A stretch of 64,000 bases of DNA. Source: a bacterium. Lineage in GTDB: Bacteria; Patescibacteriota; Minisyncoccia; UBA6257; UBA9933. A model generated the notes under the pieces. It made no database searches. It was not told the origin of the DNA and saw only the letters and a list, made by a program, of their open reading frames with translations. How positions within the stretch are numbered: the first letter of the stretch is position 1; the number at the start of each line of letters is the position of its first letter. Below, one piece after another: positions 50,409 through 59,531 of this stretch. The position numbers and the translations under genes are program-made. The DNA lies in contig JAUYBE010000006.1 of assembly GCA_030693235.1 (NCBI GenBank), positions 139,601 through 203,600 of the forward strand, written 5' to 3'.

Positions 50409-51515
50409 TTATTTCAAATTTTCTATAATTGCCACTTCCAGCGGCACGATTGCGAACGGACTATAACGCATTTCAGTGTAAGCTTCAATCAGCGATTTAA
50501 TCAATCTAACGGTTTTTTCCGCGTCAATCGCTTGGCTGTGTTTTTTAATGGTTTTCATTTCTTGGTCGGTCAGTTCGCGGGAAAAATGATTTTCCAGTTC
50601 CGGAGAAAATTTTAAAGCCAAAACTCGGCGGAAATAATGGATTAAATCTTTATTGAGCTGGGTAAGATTATAACCGCCTTCGTTAATCTTGGAAAGATAT
50701 TCCAATCCGGCCGCCAAATCGCGATTTATCAGCAATTCCGCCAGTTTGGATGTTTTTGAAAAAGAAACGGAGCCGATAATTTCTTCAACATCGTTAATGT
50801 CTATTTGTTTTCCGGATTTTAGCGAAGCAATCTGATCTAAAAGCGATTCGGCGTCGCGCATGCTTCCGCCGCCCGCTTCGGCGATTAATTCAACGGCTTC
50901 ATCGCTGATTTTAATGCTTTCCGTTTCGGAGATGCTTTTCAGTTTTTCGGCTATTGTCTTAAGCGCCAGTCTTTTGAAATGAAATCTTTGAGTTCGGGAA
51001 ATAATCGTCGCCGGCATTTTTTCGGCTTCGGTGGTTACCAAAATTAAAATCGCGTGAGCCGGCGGTTCTTCTAAAGTTTTCAAAAGAGCGTTAAAAGCGT
51101 CTTTGGTCAATTGGTGGGCTTCGTCAATAATATAAACTTTATAATGATACGCGGCAGGGGAGACGCGAATGCTTTCTTTGATGTCGCGGATTTCATCAAT
51201 GCCTCGATTGGAAGCGGCGTCAATTTCAATAACGTCCATTGCAGAACCCTTGTCAATTTCCAAACAAGCTTGGCATTCATTGCACGGTTCGCCGAGTTTT
51301 TTAAAAGCCGCGTCGCTAAATCGCTTTTGGCAATTGGCGATTTTGGCGATAATTCTGGCGGTGGTGGTTTTACCCGAACCTTTCGGTCCGTAAAACAAAT
51401 AAGCGTGAGCCAAACGGTCAAGCCGTCCCGCGTTTTTTAAAAGTTCCGAGACTGCTTCTTGTCCCAGAAGATCGGATAAGATTTTGGGCCGATATTTGCG
51501 ATAAATAGCCAGCAT
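50409..51515 (-). CDS. dnaX: DNA polymerase III gamma/tau
   Basis: YRKYRP, GSGKTT, EIDAASNRGID, IIDEAH, NALLKTLEEPP. Confidence 0.97.
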   Translation of the reverse strand: MLAIYRKYRPKILSDLLGQEAVSELLKNAGRLDRLAHAYLFYGPKGSGKTTTARIIAKIANCQKRFSDAAFKKLGEPCNECQACLEIDKGSAMDVIEIDAASNRGIDEIRDIKESIRVSPAAYHYKVYIIDEAHQLTKDAFNALLKTLEEPPAHAILILVTTEAEKMPATIISRTQRFHFKRLALKTIAEKLKSISETESIKISDEAVELIAEAGGGSMRDAESLLDQIASLKSGKQIDINDVEEIIGSVSFSKTSKLAELLINRDLAAGLEYLSKINEGGYNLTQLNKDLIHYFRRVLALKFSPELENHFSRELTDQEMKTIKKHSQAIDAEKTVRLIKSLIEAYTEMRYSPFAIVPLEVAIIENLK

Positions 51516-51590
51516 TTGTTTAGGTGTTAGGTGTTTAGGTGTTAGGTGTTAGTTAATTTCTAAAACCTAAAAGCTAAAACCTAAAAGCTT
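51516..51590 (-). repeat. Family A heptamer hairpin, copy 5 (minus strand, upstream of dnaX)
   Basis: Reverse complement AGCTTTTAGGTTTTAGCTTTTAGGTTTTAG-AAATTAA-CTAACACCTAACACCTAAACACCTAACACCTAAACAA-ATG. Confidence 0.93.
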
Positions 51591-51620
51591 AAATTACATT
51601 TTACATTAAAACATCCACCC

Positions 51621-51648
51621 TTGACAAGTTTTGGCAGTCTGCTATCCT
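51621..51648 (+). promoter_or_regulatory. Sigma70 promoter, probably leaderless
   Basis: TTGACA-16-TATCCT with extended TG, 8 nt before ATG. Confidence 0.55.
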
Positions 51649-51656
51649 CTTAATAT

Positions 51657-52124
51657 ATGAGTAGATACGCAGTCTTGGTACTGCCTTTTTTTATAGTAAG
51701 CGTTATATCAATCGAACCGCTTATTACCAATAGTTCCGGAGGCTCCATAGCAGAAAATTTCAGCCAAGAACCCACTGCCGAGTTTTTAGCCCAGAATTAT
51801 CCGGTTTTGAAAGATACTCAAAACGAAGCTAAAAAAACCGAAATTGTCAAAACATTAATCACGGCTTATTCAAGTACGGTTGATCAAACAGACGATACTC
51901 CTTTTATTACCGCTTCCGGCAGTTATGTCAGACCGGGAATCGTGGCGGCTAATTTTTTGCCTTTCGGCGCCACAATCCGGATACCGGGAATTTTCGGCAA
52001 TCAAATTTTTGTCGTCGAAGACCGGCTCCATAAAAAAAACAACGACCGAATAGACATTTGGATGCCGACAGAAAAAGAAGCTTTGGAATTCGGCGTTAAA
52101 ATCAGCGAAATAGAAATTCTCTAA
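51657..52124 (+). CDS. 3D-domain protein (peptidoglycan-related)
   Basis: ITAYSS...TD..PFITASG, VAAN.LPFG, VEDR, IDIW. Confidence 0.85.
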   Translation: MSRYAVLVLPFFIVSVISIEPLITNSSGGSIAENFSQEPTAEFLAQNYPVLKDTQNEAKKTEIVKTLITAYSSTVDQTDDTPFITASGSYVRPGIVAANFLPFGATIRIPGIFGNQIFVVEDRLHKKNNDRIDIWMPTEKEALEFGVKISEIEIL

Positions 52125-52127
52125 ACA

Positions 52128-52853
52128 TTGTACCAATTACAACTTGAAAAATTTTCCGGACCGATTGAAAAACTTCTGGAACTGATCGAGAGGAAAAAAT
52201 TGGAAATCACCGAATTAAATTTAGCCGACGCAACGGCTGATTTTTTAAATTACGTTAAAAGGATTGAAAATATAGAACCGCGTCTTTTGGCGGATTTCGT
52301 GGTAATAGCCGCCAAACTTTTACTTATCAAATCAAAAGCGCTTCTGCCGAATCTTCAATTAACCGAAGAGGAAGAAAAAGACATAAAAGATTTGGAAAAC
52401 CGCCTCAAAATTTACCGGCAATTCAAGCCGGCGATTGACCATCTTAAAGAATTGTCGGAACGGAACGGAGTCTCGATTTCCCAGCCGCTCTTCAGCCGCC
52501 GACCGATAATTTTTTATCCGTCGGAAAATATTAAAATCGGCGAATTGCATAAAGCCATCAAAGGAATTTTTGACAACTTTAAACAATTTCAAAACGAGAC
52601 CAAAATAATCAAATCTTCGCTTATTACTTTGGAGGAAAAAATCGAGGAGATTATAAATCGGCTGAACGCGGACTCACGCAGACTTGACGCGGACTCGCGC
52701 GGAAAAATTGGTTTTGATGAATTAATAAGGGGAAAACCGCGTTCGGAAATTATTGTTTTGTTTTTAGCCTTACTTCATCTATTGGCAAAGCAATCGATAA
52801 GGGTTGAGCAAAAAGAAAAATTTTCTGATATAATTATTACTAAACAACCATGA
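52128..52853 (+). CDS. scpA: Segregation and condensation protein A
   Basis: F.GP...LL.LI, A.LL.IKSK.LLP, FLALLHL. Confidence 0.92.
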   Translation: MYQLQLEKFSGPIEKLLELIERKKLEITELNLADATADFLNYVKRIENIEPRLLADFVVIAAKLLLIKSKALLPNLQLTEEEEKDIKDLENRLKIYRQFKPAIDHLKELSERNGVSISQPLFSRRPIIFYPSENIKIGELHKAIKGIFDNFKQFQNETKIIKSSLITLEEKIEEIINRLNADSRRLDADSRGKIGFDELIRGKPRSEIIVLFLALLHLLAKQSIRVEQKEKFSDIIITKQP

Positions 52854-53377
52854 CTATGACCAATGACAAAATTACGGCCGCTATTGAAGCGATTCTTTTC
52901 GTCTACGGCGAGCCGATGGAAATAAAACGAATAGCCGATATTTTGAAAGTTGAAGAAAACACCGTAGATGAAGCATTGAAAGAGCTTGAGAGCGGATATT
53001 TGGCGGAAAACAGGGGATTAAAGCTGATTTTTAACAGTCGGCAGGTCCAATTGGCGACCAAGCCCGATTTCGCCGATTTTCTAGAAAATTTTATCAAAGA
53101 AGAATTTAAGGAGAATTTAACTCCCGCTTCTTTGGAAACGCTTTCGCTTATCGCTTATTTGGGACCGCTTTCCCGCGTTCAAATAGAGTATCATCGCGGA
53201 GTTAATTCCAGTTTTATTTTAAGAAATTTATTAATCCGCGGTTTGATTGAGCGTTTTCCTAATCCTCAAAAAGGCAATGTTTATCTTTACCAACCGAGCT
53301 TTGATTTGTTAAAATATTTGGGAATATCAAAAATCGAAAAACTGCCGGAGTATGAGAAGTTTAAGACTATAATATAA
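52850..53377 (+). CDS. scpB: Segregation and condensation protein B
   Basis: IEAILF..GEP, LETL..IAY, RGVNS. Confidence 0.93.
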   Translation: MTMTNDKITAAIEAILFVYGEPMEIKRIADILKVEENTVDEALKELESGYLAENRGLKLIFNSRQVQLATKPDFADFLENFIKEEFKENLTPASLETLSLIAYLGPLSRVQIEYHRGVNSSFILRNLLIRGLIERFPNPQKGNVYLYQPSFDLLKYLGISKIEKLPEYEKFKTII

Positions 53378-53447
53378 GTTTTTAGGTTTTAGTTTTTAGG
53401 TTTTAGTGAATTATCTAACACCTAACACCTAATACCTAACACCTAAA
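53377..53447 (+). repeat. Family A heptamer hairpin, copy 6
   Basis: AGTTTTTAGGTTTTAGTTTTTAGGTTTTAG-TGAATTAT-CTAACACCTAACACCTAATACCTAACACCTAA. Confidence 0.95.
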
Positions 53448-53450
53448 TAA

Positions 53451-54617
53451 ATGCGCTTCCAAGCCTTAATTCTTTCATTAATTATTTTGATTTCGTTTTT
53501 AATAACCGGCGTTAATGGTTCGGCTTCGCTCACCATTTTAGCCGAAGAAAATCCGGCGCCTGAACCAATAGACACTTCGCCGTCTCTTTTCGCAAAAGAT
53601 TTTTATTCCGCTTTTAAAGAAAAAACAATTATTCTTGGAGAAAAAACTGCTCTGGCGAACCGTGATTTAGCGGAAAAAATAAATCAAAACATGGATTTTT
53701 TAAATCAAGCCGCGTCCGTCAATTTCGATAATTTTATTTTGAAATTAAATTCTCAGCCAGAGGCTGATCCGCCTCGGGCGGAAAAAAATAATTCCAAAGA
53801 CTACGCTTTAATCTCAGAAACGGGGATTGATTTGTCACCGTTAATTTGCGATTCGGAAATTCCTCAACTCGCGGTTAAAGCGGCTTTGGTAAAATATTTG
53901 AGTCCCTCGATGGATTCGGAACAGGTTATTTTTGAACTCAATCCCGGGAGCCGTTGGCCGATCGCTTCTTTGACAAAATTAATGACAAGCGTTATCGCCG
54001 CCGAGAAAATTGATTCGGACATTGATTCGGACAAGGAAATAACGATGAGCGCGAAAGCGGTTGCCACCGAAGGCGCAGCCGGAGGTTTTGGGGTTGGAGA
54101 AATTTATAAAACAGGCGATTTGATCAAGGCGATGCTTGTTTCTTCGAGCAATGACGCGGCGGCAGGCGTTATTGAAAATTTCGGCGAAAAAGAATTTATT
54201 GACGAGATGCAAAAAAAGGCGGCCGAGCTTAAAATGTTTCAAACCAGCTATCTGGAACCGACCGGTTTGTCTTTTATCAATCAATCAACAGCCAATGATT
54301 TGGCCAAATTAGTGAATTATGTGCGCCAAAATCATCCGGAATTGCTTGAAATTTCCCGCCAAAAAGAAGTGGAAATTTTTGAACTAAAATCAAAGAAAGC
54401 GAGAAAATTATTATCGGTGAATAGATTCGCCGGACAAACGGATTTTATCGGCGGGAAAACCGGCTATATTGAAGAATCAGGCCGCAATTTAGTCGCCCTT
54501 TTTGACATTAACGGCAAAATAATTTTAAGCATTGTGCTGGGCGCCGACGATTCTTTTAAAGAAACGGAGAAAATAAAAAGTTTTATTCAAAAATGTATCT
54601 CACCCACGCTTTTCTAA
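53451..54617 (+). CDS. D-alanyl-D-alanine carboxypeptidase (peptidase S11)
   Basis: PIASLTKLMT (SxxK), SSN, GGKTG. Confidence 0.88.
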   Translation: MRFQALILSLIILISFLITGVNGSASLTILAEENPAPEPIDTSPSLFAKDFYSAFKEKTIILGEKTALANRDLAEKINQNMDFLNQAASVNFDNFILKLNSQPEADPPRAEKNNSKDYALISETGIDLSPLICDSEIPQLAVKAALVKYLSPSMDSEQVIFELNPGSRWPIASLTKLMTSVIAAEKIDSDIDSDKEITMSAKAVATEGAAGGFGVGEIYKTGDLIKAMLVSSSNDAAAGVIENFGEKEFIDEMQKKAAELKMFQTSYLEPTGLSFINQSTANDLAKLVNYVRQNHPELLEISRQKEVEIFELKSKKARKLLSVNRFAGQTDFIGGKTGYIEESGRNLVALFDINGKIILSIVLGADDSFKETEKIKSFIQKCISPTLF

Positions 54618-55666
54618 TCGTAAAAATTTTAAGCTATTTTATTTTATCTTTCGCCGTTACTTTGGCTTTGGCGCCGATTTTGATTCGTTTTTTATACAAA
54701 TATCAATGCTGGAAAAAAAAACCCAGAGAACAAACTTTCGGCGGTGAAAAAACTCCGATTTTCACCAAACTTCATAGCGTTAAGGAAATAACGGTTCCGC
54801 GGATGGGCGGCATTTTAATTTGGGGAACGGTTTTGATTATCAGCGTCGGCGTTTTTATAGCTTCTCAAATTTTACCCGAAGACTCGGCTTTTAAAATAAA
54901 TTTTCTTTCCCGCTCGCAAACCTGGTTGCCTTTGTTCGTTTTGATTTCAGCTTCGCTCTTGGGATTGGTTGACGACATTCTGGTTATTAAAAACAAAGGT
55001 AAATACATCGGCGGCGGCATTAGATTTAAAGTCAGACTGGCGCTTATTTCTTTAATCGCTCTGGCCGGCGCCTGGTGGTTTTATTACAAACTTGAATGGT
55101 CAAGCATTTATATCCCTTTTTACGGCAATCTGGAAATCAATGGTTTGTATATTTTACTTTTCATATTAGTTGTTTTGGCCACTTTTTCCGGCGGGATTGT
55201 TGACGGCTTAGATGGTTTGGCAGCCGGCAGTCTTTTGCCGATTTTTTCCGCGTTCGGAGTAATTGCCTATACCAAAGGAATGTACGATTTGACAGTTTTA
55301 ATTACGATAATTTTAGGCGCTTTAGCGACCTATTTGTGGTTCAATATCCATCCGGCGAAATTTTATATGGGCGAGACCGGTATTATGGGATTAACCGTAA
55401 CTCTGGCGGTAATCGCTTTGCTCACCAACAGCGTTTTATTTCTGCCAATCATCGCTTTTGTTTTGGTCGTTGAATCCGGTTCGGTGATTTTACAATTGCT
55501 TTCCAAAAAAATCAGAGGCAAAAAAATATTTTTATCCGCGCCCATTCATCATCATTTTGAAGCGCTTGGTTGGCCGGAAACGCAAATAGTGATGAGATTC
55601 TGGATTGTTTCGGCGGTAATGAGCGGTTTGGGACTCGTATTGTTCTTTTTGAGCAAATTCCTTTAA
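54593..55666 (+). CDS. mraY: Phospho-N-acetylmuramoyl-pentapeptide transferase
   Basis: P.MGG, DGLDGL, FN..PA.FYMGETG, APIHHHFE. Confidence 0.95.
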   Translation: MYLTHAFLIVKILSYFILSFAVTLALAPILIRFLYKYQCWKKKPREQTFGGEKTPIFTKLHSVKEITVPRMGGILIWGTVLIISVGVFIASQILPEDSAFKINFLSRSQTWLPLFVLISASLLGLVDDILVIKNKGKYIGGGIRFKVRLALISLIALAGAWWFYYKLEWSSIYIPFYGNLEINGLYILLFILVVLATFSGGIVDGLDGLAAGSLLPIFSAFGVIAYTKGMYDLTVLITIILGALATYLWFNIHPAKFYMGETGIMGLTVTLAVIALLTNSVLFLPIIAFVLVVESGSVILQLLSKKIRGKKIFLSAPIHHHFEALGWPETQIVMRFWIVSAVMSGLGLVLFFLSKFL

Positions 55667-55669
55667 TAT

Positions 55670-55764
55670 CATACGAAAGTGCGAAAATATACGAAATTAC
55701 GAAACATAAAAACAACTTCGTACATTCGTAAAATTTCGTATTTTCGTAAGAGATTTTTGTAATG
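55670..55764 (+). repeat. Family B hairpin, copy 3
   Basis: CATACGAAAGTGCGAAAATATACGAAATTACGAAA...TTCGTACATTCGTAAAATTTCGTATTTTCGTAAG. Confidence 0.88.
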
Positions 55765-57198
55765 ACTATTCTTATCAAAAACATTCAGTTAATCGACGGC
55801 AGCGGCCGACCGGCGTTTAAAGCCGATGTTTTGGTAAAAAAAGAAAAAATTCACGCCATTGGAAATTTTCCGCGTTATCGGGCAAACGAGATTATTGACG
55901 GAATGGGCGCTTATCTTAGCCCGGGATTTATAGATATTAACACCGAATCAGACCATAATTTGACTCTTTTTTCCAATCCAGCTCAGCAGGACTTTTTACT
56001 TCAGGGAATAACAACTATTATCGGCGGTCAAGGAGGCGCTTCTTTGGCGCCGCTTATTTACGGCTCTTTGGAATCAATCAAGGAATGGGCGAACACAAGG
56101 AAAATTAATATCGATTGGCACACGGCCGCCGAATTTTTTAAAGTTATGGAGCGCCGGCGATTAGGCATAAATTTCGGCACTTTAGTCGGCCATCGCACCG
56201 TCAGGCAAGCTTTAATAGGCGATCCAAGAAAAGATTTGTCGCGCAATGAATCAAGAATTTTAAATTCAATTCTGGAAAAATCTTTAAAGGAAGGAGCTTT
56301 CGGATTTTCCAGCGGTTTGGATTACCCCCATAGCCGTCAAATTTCCTATAATGAAATTAAATCTTTGGCGGAAACAACGGCGAAACATAAGGGTGTTTAC
56401 GCGGCTCGTCTTCGCGATGAAAAAAGGGGACTGCTTTCTTCGGTTAAAGAAATTATTGAAATCGCCAAAGAAACCGGCGTTAAAGTTTTAATCAATAATT
56501 TAAAACCTTTAATCGGTTACAGGAAAGATTATGAAGCTGCTTTGGAATTAATCAGTAAAAACACCGATAAAGCCGATGTTTATTTTGACGCTTGTCTATC
56601 AGATACAAACGCAGTTTTAATTTATGAATTTTTGCCCGGCTGGGTTCGGAAAGCCGATTGTGAAACGATGTTAAAAGATATTCAAACTCCGGGATTAAAA
56701 GAGAAAATTTTAAAAGAAATGCCGCGAATCAAGGGAGAAGAAATTATTCTCAACGCTCCGGCTAATAAATATTTAGTCGGAAAATCATTGAAGGAATTCG
56801 CTCAAAATCGAAATTTAACCATTGGCGAAAGCTTGCTGGAATTGATGAAAATAACCGATTTTCGGGCGGTTGTTTCTTATAAAAATATTAGTTTTAAAAA
56901 AACCGTCCAATCTTTAACTCACGAACGGGCGATTGTGGCTTCAAAAAGCGCCGGCAAATTTTTGAAATTGGTTGAAAAAGAAAAAATTATGCCGATTGAA
57001 AAAGCGATTTATAAAATTACCGGCTTGCCAACCGCAAAATTGAAATTAAAAAACAGGGGATTGGTCAGAGAAGGTTATTCCGCCGATTTGGTTCTTTTTA
57101 GGGACGCGGAAATCAGGGAAGTGATTCTAAACGGAAAAAGAGTGGTGAAAGACGGAGAATTTCAAAATATTTTGGCGGGAAAGATTTTGAGACATTAA
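55762..57198 (+). CDS. N-acyl-D-amino acid deacylase-like amidohydrolase, apparently degenerate
   Basis: IDGSG, PGFID, QGITT, GAFGFSSGL.Y, RG...EG..ADLV; metal-ligand His residues replaced. Confidence 0.75.
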   Translation: MTILIKNIQLIDGSGRPAFKADVLVKKEKIHAIGNFPRYRANEIIDGMGAYLSPGFIDINTESDHNLTLFSNPAQQDFLLQGITTIIGGQGGASLAPLIYGSLESIKEWANTRKINIDWHTAAEFFKVMERRRLGINFGTLVGHRTVRQALIGDPRKDLSRNESRILNSILEKSLKEGAFGFSSGLDYPHSRQISYNEIKSLAETTAKHKGVYAARLRDEKRGLLSSVKEIIEIAKETGVKVLINNLKPLIGYRKDYEAALELISKNTDKADVYFDACLSDTNAVLIYEFLPGWVRKADCETMLKDIQTPGLKEKILKEMPRIKGEEIILNAPANKYLVGKSLKEFAQNRNLTIGESLLELMKITDFRAVVSYKNISFKKTVQSLTHERAIVASKSAGKFLKLVEKEKIMPIEKAIYKITGLPTAKLKLKNRGLVREGYSADLVLFRDAEIREVILNGKRVVKDGEFQNILAGKILRH

Positions 57199-57200
57199 TC

Positions 57201-57264
57201 AGGTTTTAGGTTGTAGGTTTTAGGTTTTAGAACCTAACACCTAACACCTAACACCTAACACCTA
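57201..57264 (+). repeat. Family A heptamer hairpin, copy 7
   Basis: AGGTTTTAGGTTGTAGGTTTTAGGTTTTAG-AA-(CCTAACA)4-CCTA, then ATG. Confidence 0.95.
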
Positions 57265-58383
57265 ATGAAAAAAGCAGGTCATCATCCGGATTATGTTTTT
57301 ATTTCTTTTATTGTTTTATTGGCGGTTTTCGGTTTGGTAATGCTTTCTTCGGCTTCTTCGGATCTCGGTAAAATTAAATTCAACGACACCTATTATTATC
57401 TTAAACATCAATTGCTTTACGGATTAAGTTTCGGGCTGGCGGGTTTTTTGATAGCCAGTTTGATTCATTACCGTTTCTGGCAGAAATTGGCGGTGCCGCT
57501 TCTTCTTATAAGCGTTTTTGCTTTGGTTTTGGTTTTTACGCCATTGGGATTTACCCATTCCAGCGCCAATCGTTGGCTCAATCTCGGTCCCTTTTCGGTT
57601 CAACCGGCCGAGCTTTTGAAATTTTCTTTTATTATTTATTTAAGTGCCTGGTTAAGTTCGAAAAAAGAAAGTTCGGGCAGGCGGAAAAGTTTTTCAACCG
57701 GTTATTTGCCGTTTTTGATTATTTCCGGATTGGTGGCTTTTTTGATTATTATGCAACCGGCCACTACCACGGTCGCCATTATTATGGCCGCCGGTCTTAT
57801 TGTGTATTTCGTAAGCGGCGCCCGATTGTCTTTTGTTTTCGGAACGATATTCTTGGGATTATTGGGCTTGACTTTAGTTATAACGACTTCTCCTTATCGC
57901 TTGGAACGGGCGGAAACTTATATCAAAACTTTATTTAGTTCCGAAACAATTGACACCCGAAAAGAAGGTTATCATCTTGATAAAGCTTTGACGCTAATCG
58001 GTTCTGGAGGACTGACAGGCGTCGGTTTCGGCAAATCAATTGCTAAATTTAAAAATCTTCCCGAACCTATCGGCGATTCGATTTTCGCGGTCATCGCAGA
58101 AGAGCTCGGTTTCATCGGAGCCCTGATTTTAATCGCGACTTTTATCGCGTTTTTCATAAGAGGAATTATGATTGCCAAAAAATCGCGCGACCAATTCGCC
58201 GTTCTGACGGTCGTCGGATTTATTTCTATTATTATTATTCAAACTTTTATTCATATCGCCGCCAATTCGGGGTTATTGCCGTTGACCGGCGTTACTCTGC
58301 CTTTCATCAGCTACGGCGGCACTTCTTTGGCGATTTTTTTGACGATGACAGGGGTTGTTGTTAATATATCAAAGTATACATGA
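57265..58383 (+). CDS. ftsW: Peptidoglycan glycosyltransferase FtsW
   Basis: GLVML.SAS, RW..., QPAEL.K, LPEP..D.IFAVI.EE.G, TG..LPFISYGG. Confidence 0.93.
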   Translation: MKKAGHHPDYVFISFIVLLAVFGLVMLSSASSDLGKIKFNDTYYYLKHQLLYGLSFGLAGFLIASLIHYRFWQKLAVPLLLISVFALVLVFTPLGFTHSSANRWLNLGPFSVQPAELLKFSFIIYLSAWLSSKKESSGRRKSFSTGYLPFLIISGLVAFLIIMQPATTTVAIIMAAGLIVYFVSGARLSFVFGTIFLGLLGLTLVITTSPYRLERAETYIKTLFSSETIDTRKEGYHLDKALTLIGSGGLTGVGFGKSIAKFKNLPEPIGDSIFAVIAEELGFIGALILIATFIAFFIRGIMIAKKSRDQFAVLTVVGFISIIIIQTFIHIAANSGLLPLTGVTLPFISYGGTSLAIFLTMTGVVVNISKYT

Positions 58384-59531
58384 TTCGCATTCTATTCACC
58401 GGCGGCGGGACCGGCGGACATATTTATCCGATCTTGGCCGTTGCCGAAGAGTTAAAACTTAAATTTATCGAAGGTTCGGAAATTGACCTGCGCTATCTCG
58501 GTTCTCCGGAATCTTTTCGCGGACTGTTGGAAAACAACGGCATCAAAGTTTCCAAAATTATCTCGGCGAAATTAAGGCGTTATTTCGATTTGCGAAATTT
58601 TATTGAAATTCCGTTTTTATTCCCTTTAAGCGTTATCCAGGCTGTTTGGAAAGTTTTTTGGATTATGCCCGATGTTTTGTTTTCCAAGGGCGGTCCGGGT
58701 TCATTGCCGGTTGTTTTGGCTTGCAAGTTTTATCGCGTTCCGATTATCATTCACGATTCCGACACCGTGCCGGGATTGGCCAATAAATTGGCGGCTCGGT
58801 TCGCCAATCGCATCGCTGTTTCTTTTGCTTCGGCAGCTGATATTTTTATCGCGAAAAATCCCAAACTGGAAAATAAAATCGCTTTAATCGGCAATCCGAT
58901 AAGAAATTCGCTGATAAGCGGCGAAATTCTGGATAAAGAAACCGCCAAGAAAATTTTCGGTTTTAATCCGAAAAAGCCGGTCATTTTGATAATTTGCGGT
59001 TCTCAAGGCGCGGCAAAAATCAACGATTTTATGATAGAAACAGCCGGAGAATTAATTAAAGATTTCCAAATCCTCCATCAAACGGGAATAAAAAATTTTA
59101 AAAACGTTAAACAAGAATTGGATAGTATTCTAAAAAATTATCCCGCGGAAGAAAAAGCCAATTACAAAACATTTCCTTATTTTGAAAAAGATTTGAAAGA
59201 CGCCTATACGGCCGCTGATTTGGTTATTTCCCGCGCTTCCGGCGGTTCAATTTTTGAAATCGCCGCGTTCGCTAAGCCATCGATTTTAATTCCTTTGCCT
59301 TCCGAAGTGGTCGGCGCTCATCAGATTAAAAACGCTTATGAATACGCGAAAAACGGCGCCGCCGTTATTATCGAGCAGGAAAATCTCAAACCCGATATTT
59401 TTTTATTCCAGCTTAAAAAATTGTTTTCCGAACCGGAAAAATTAAATAGAATGTCTCAAGCCGCGAAAAGTTTTTCCAAACCCGAAGCGGCGAGAATTAT
59501 CGCCGAAGAAATAATAAGATTAACGAGCTAA
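58380..59531 (+). CDS. murG: MurG glycosyltransferase
   Basis: TGGGTGGHIYP, GNPIR, GSQGA, HQ.KNA. Confidence 0.95.
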   Translation: MIRILFTGGGTGGHIYPILAVAEELKLKFIEGSEIDLRYLGSPESFRGLLENNGIKVSKIISAKLRRYFDLRNFIEIPFLFPLSVIQAVWKVFWIMPDVLFSKGGPGSLPVVLACKFYRVPIIIHDSDTVPGLANKLAARFANRIAVSFASAADIFIAKNPKLENKIALIGNPIRNSLISGEILDKETAKKIFGFNPKKPVILIICGSQGAAKINDFMIETAGELIKDFQILHQTGIKNFKNVKQELDSILKNYPAEEKANYKTFPYFEKDLKDAYTAADLVISRASGGSIFEIAAFAKPSILIPLPSEVVGAHQIKNAYEYAKNGAAVIIEQENLKPDIFLFQLKKLFSEPEKLNRMSQAAKSFSKPEAARIIAEEIIRLTS

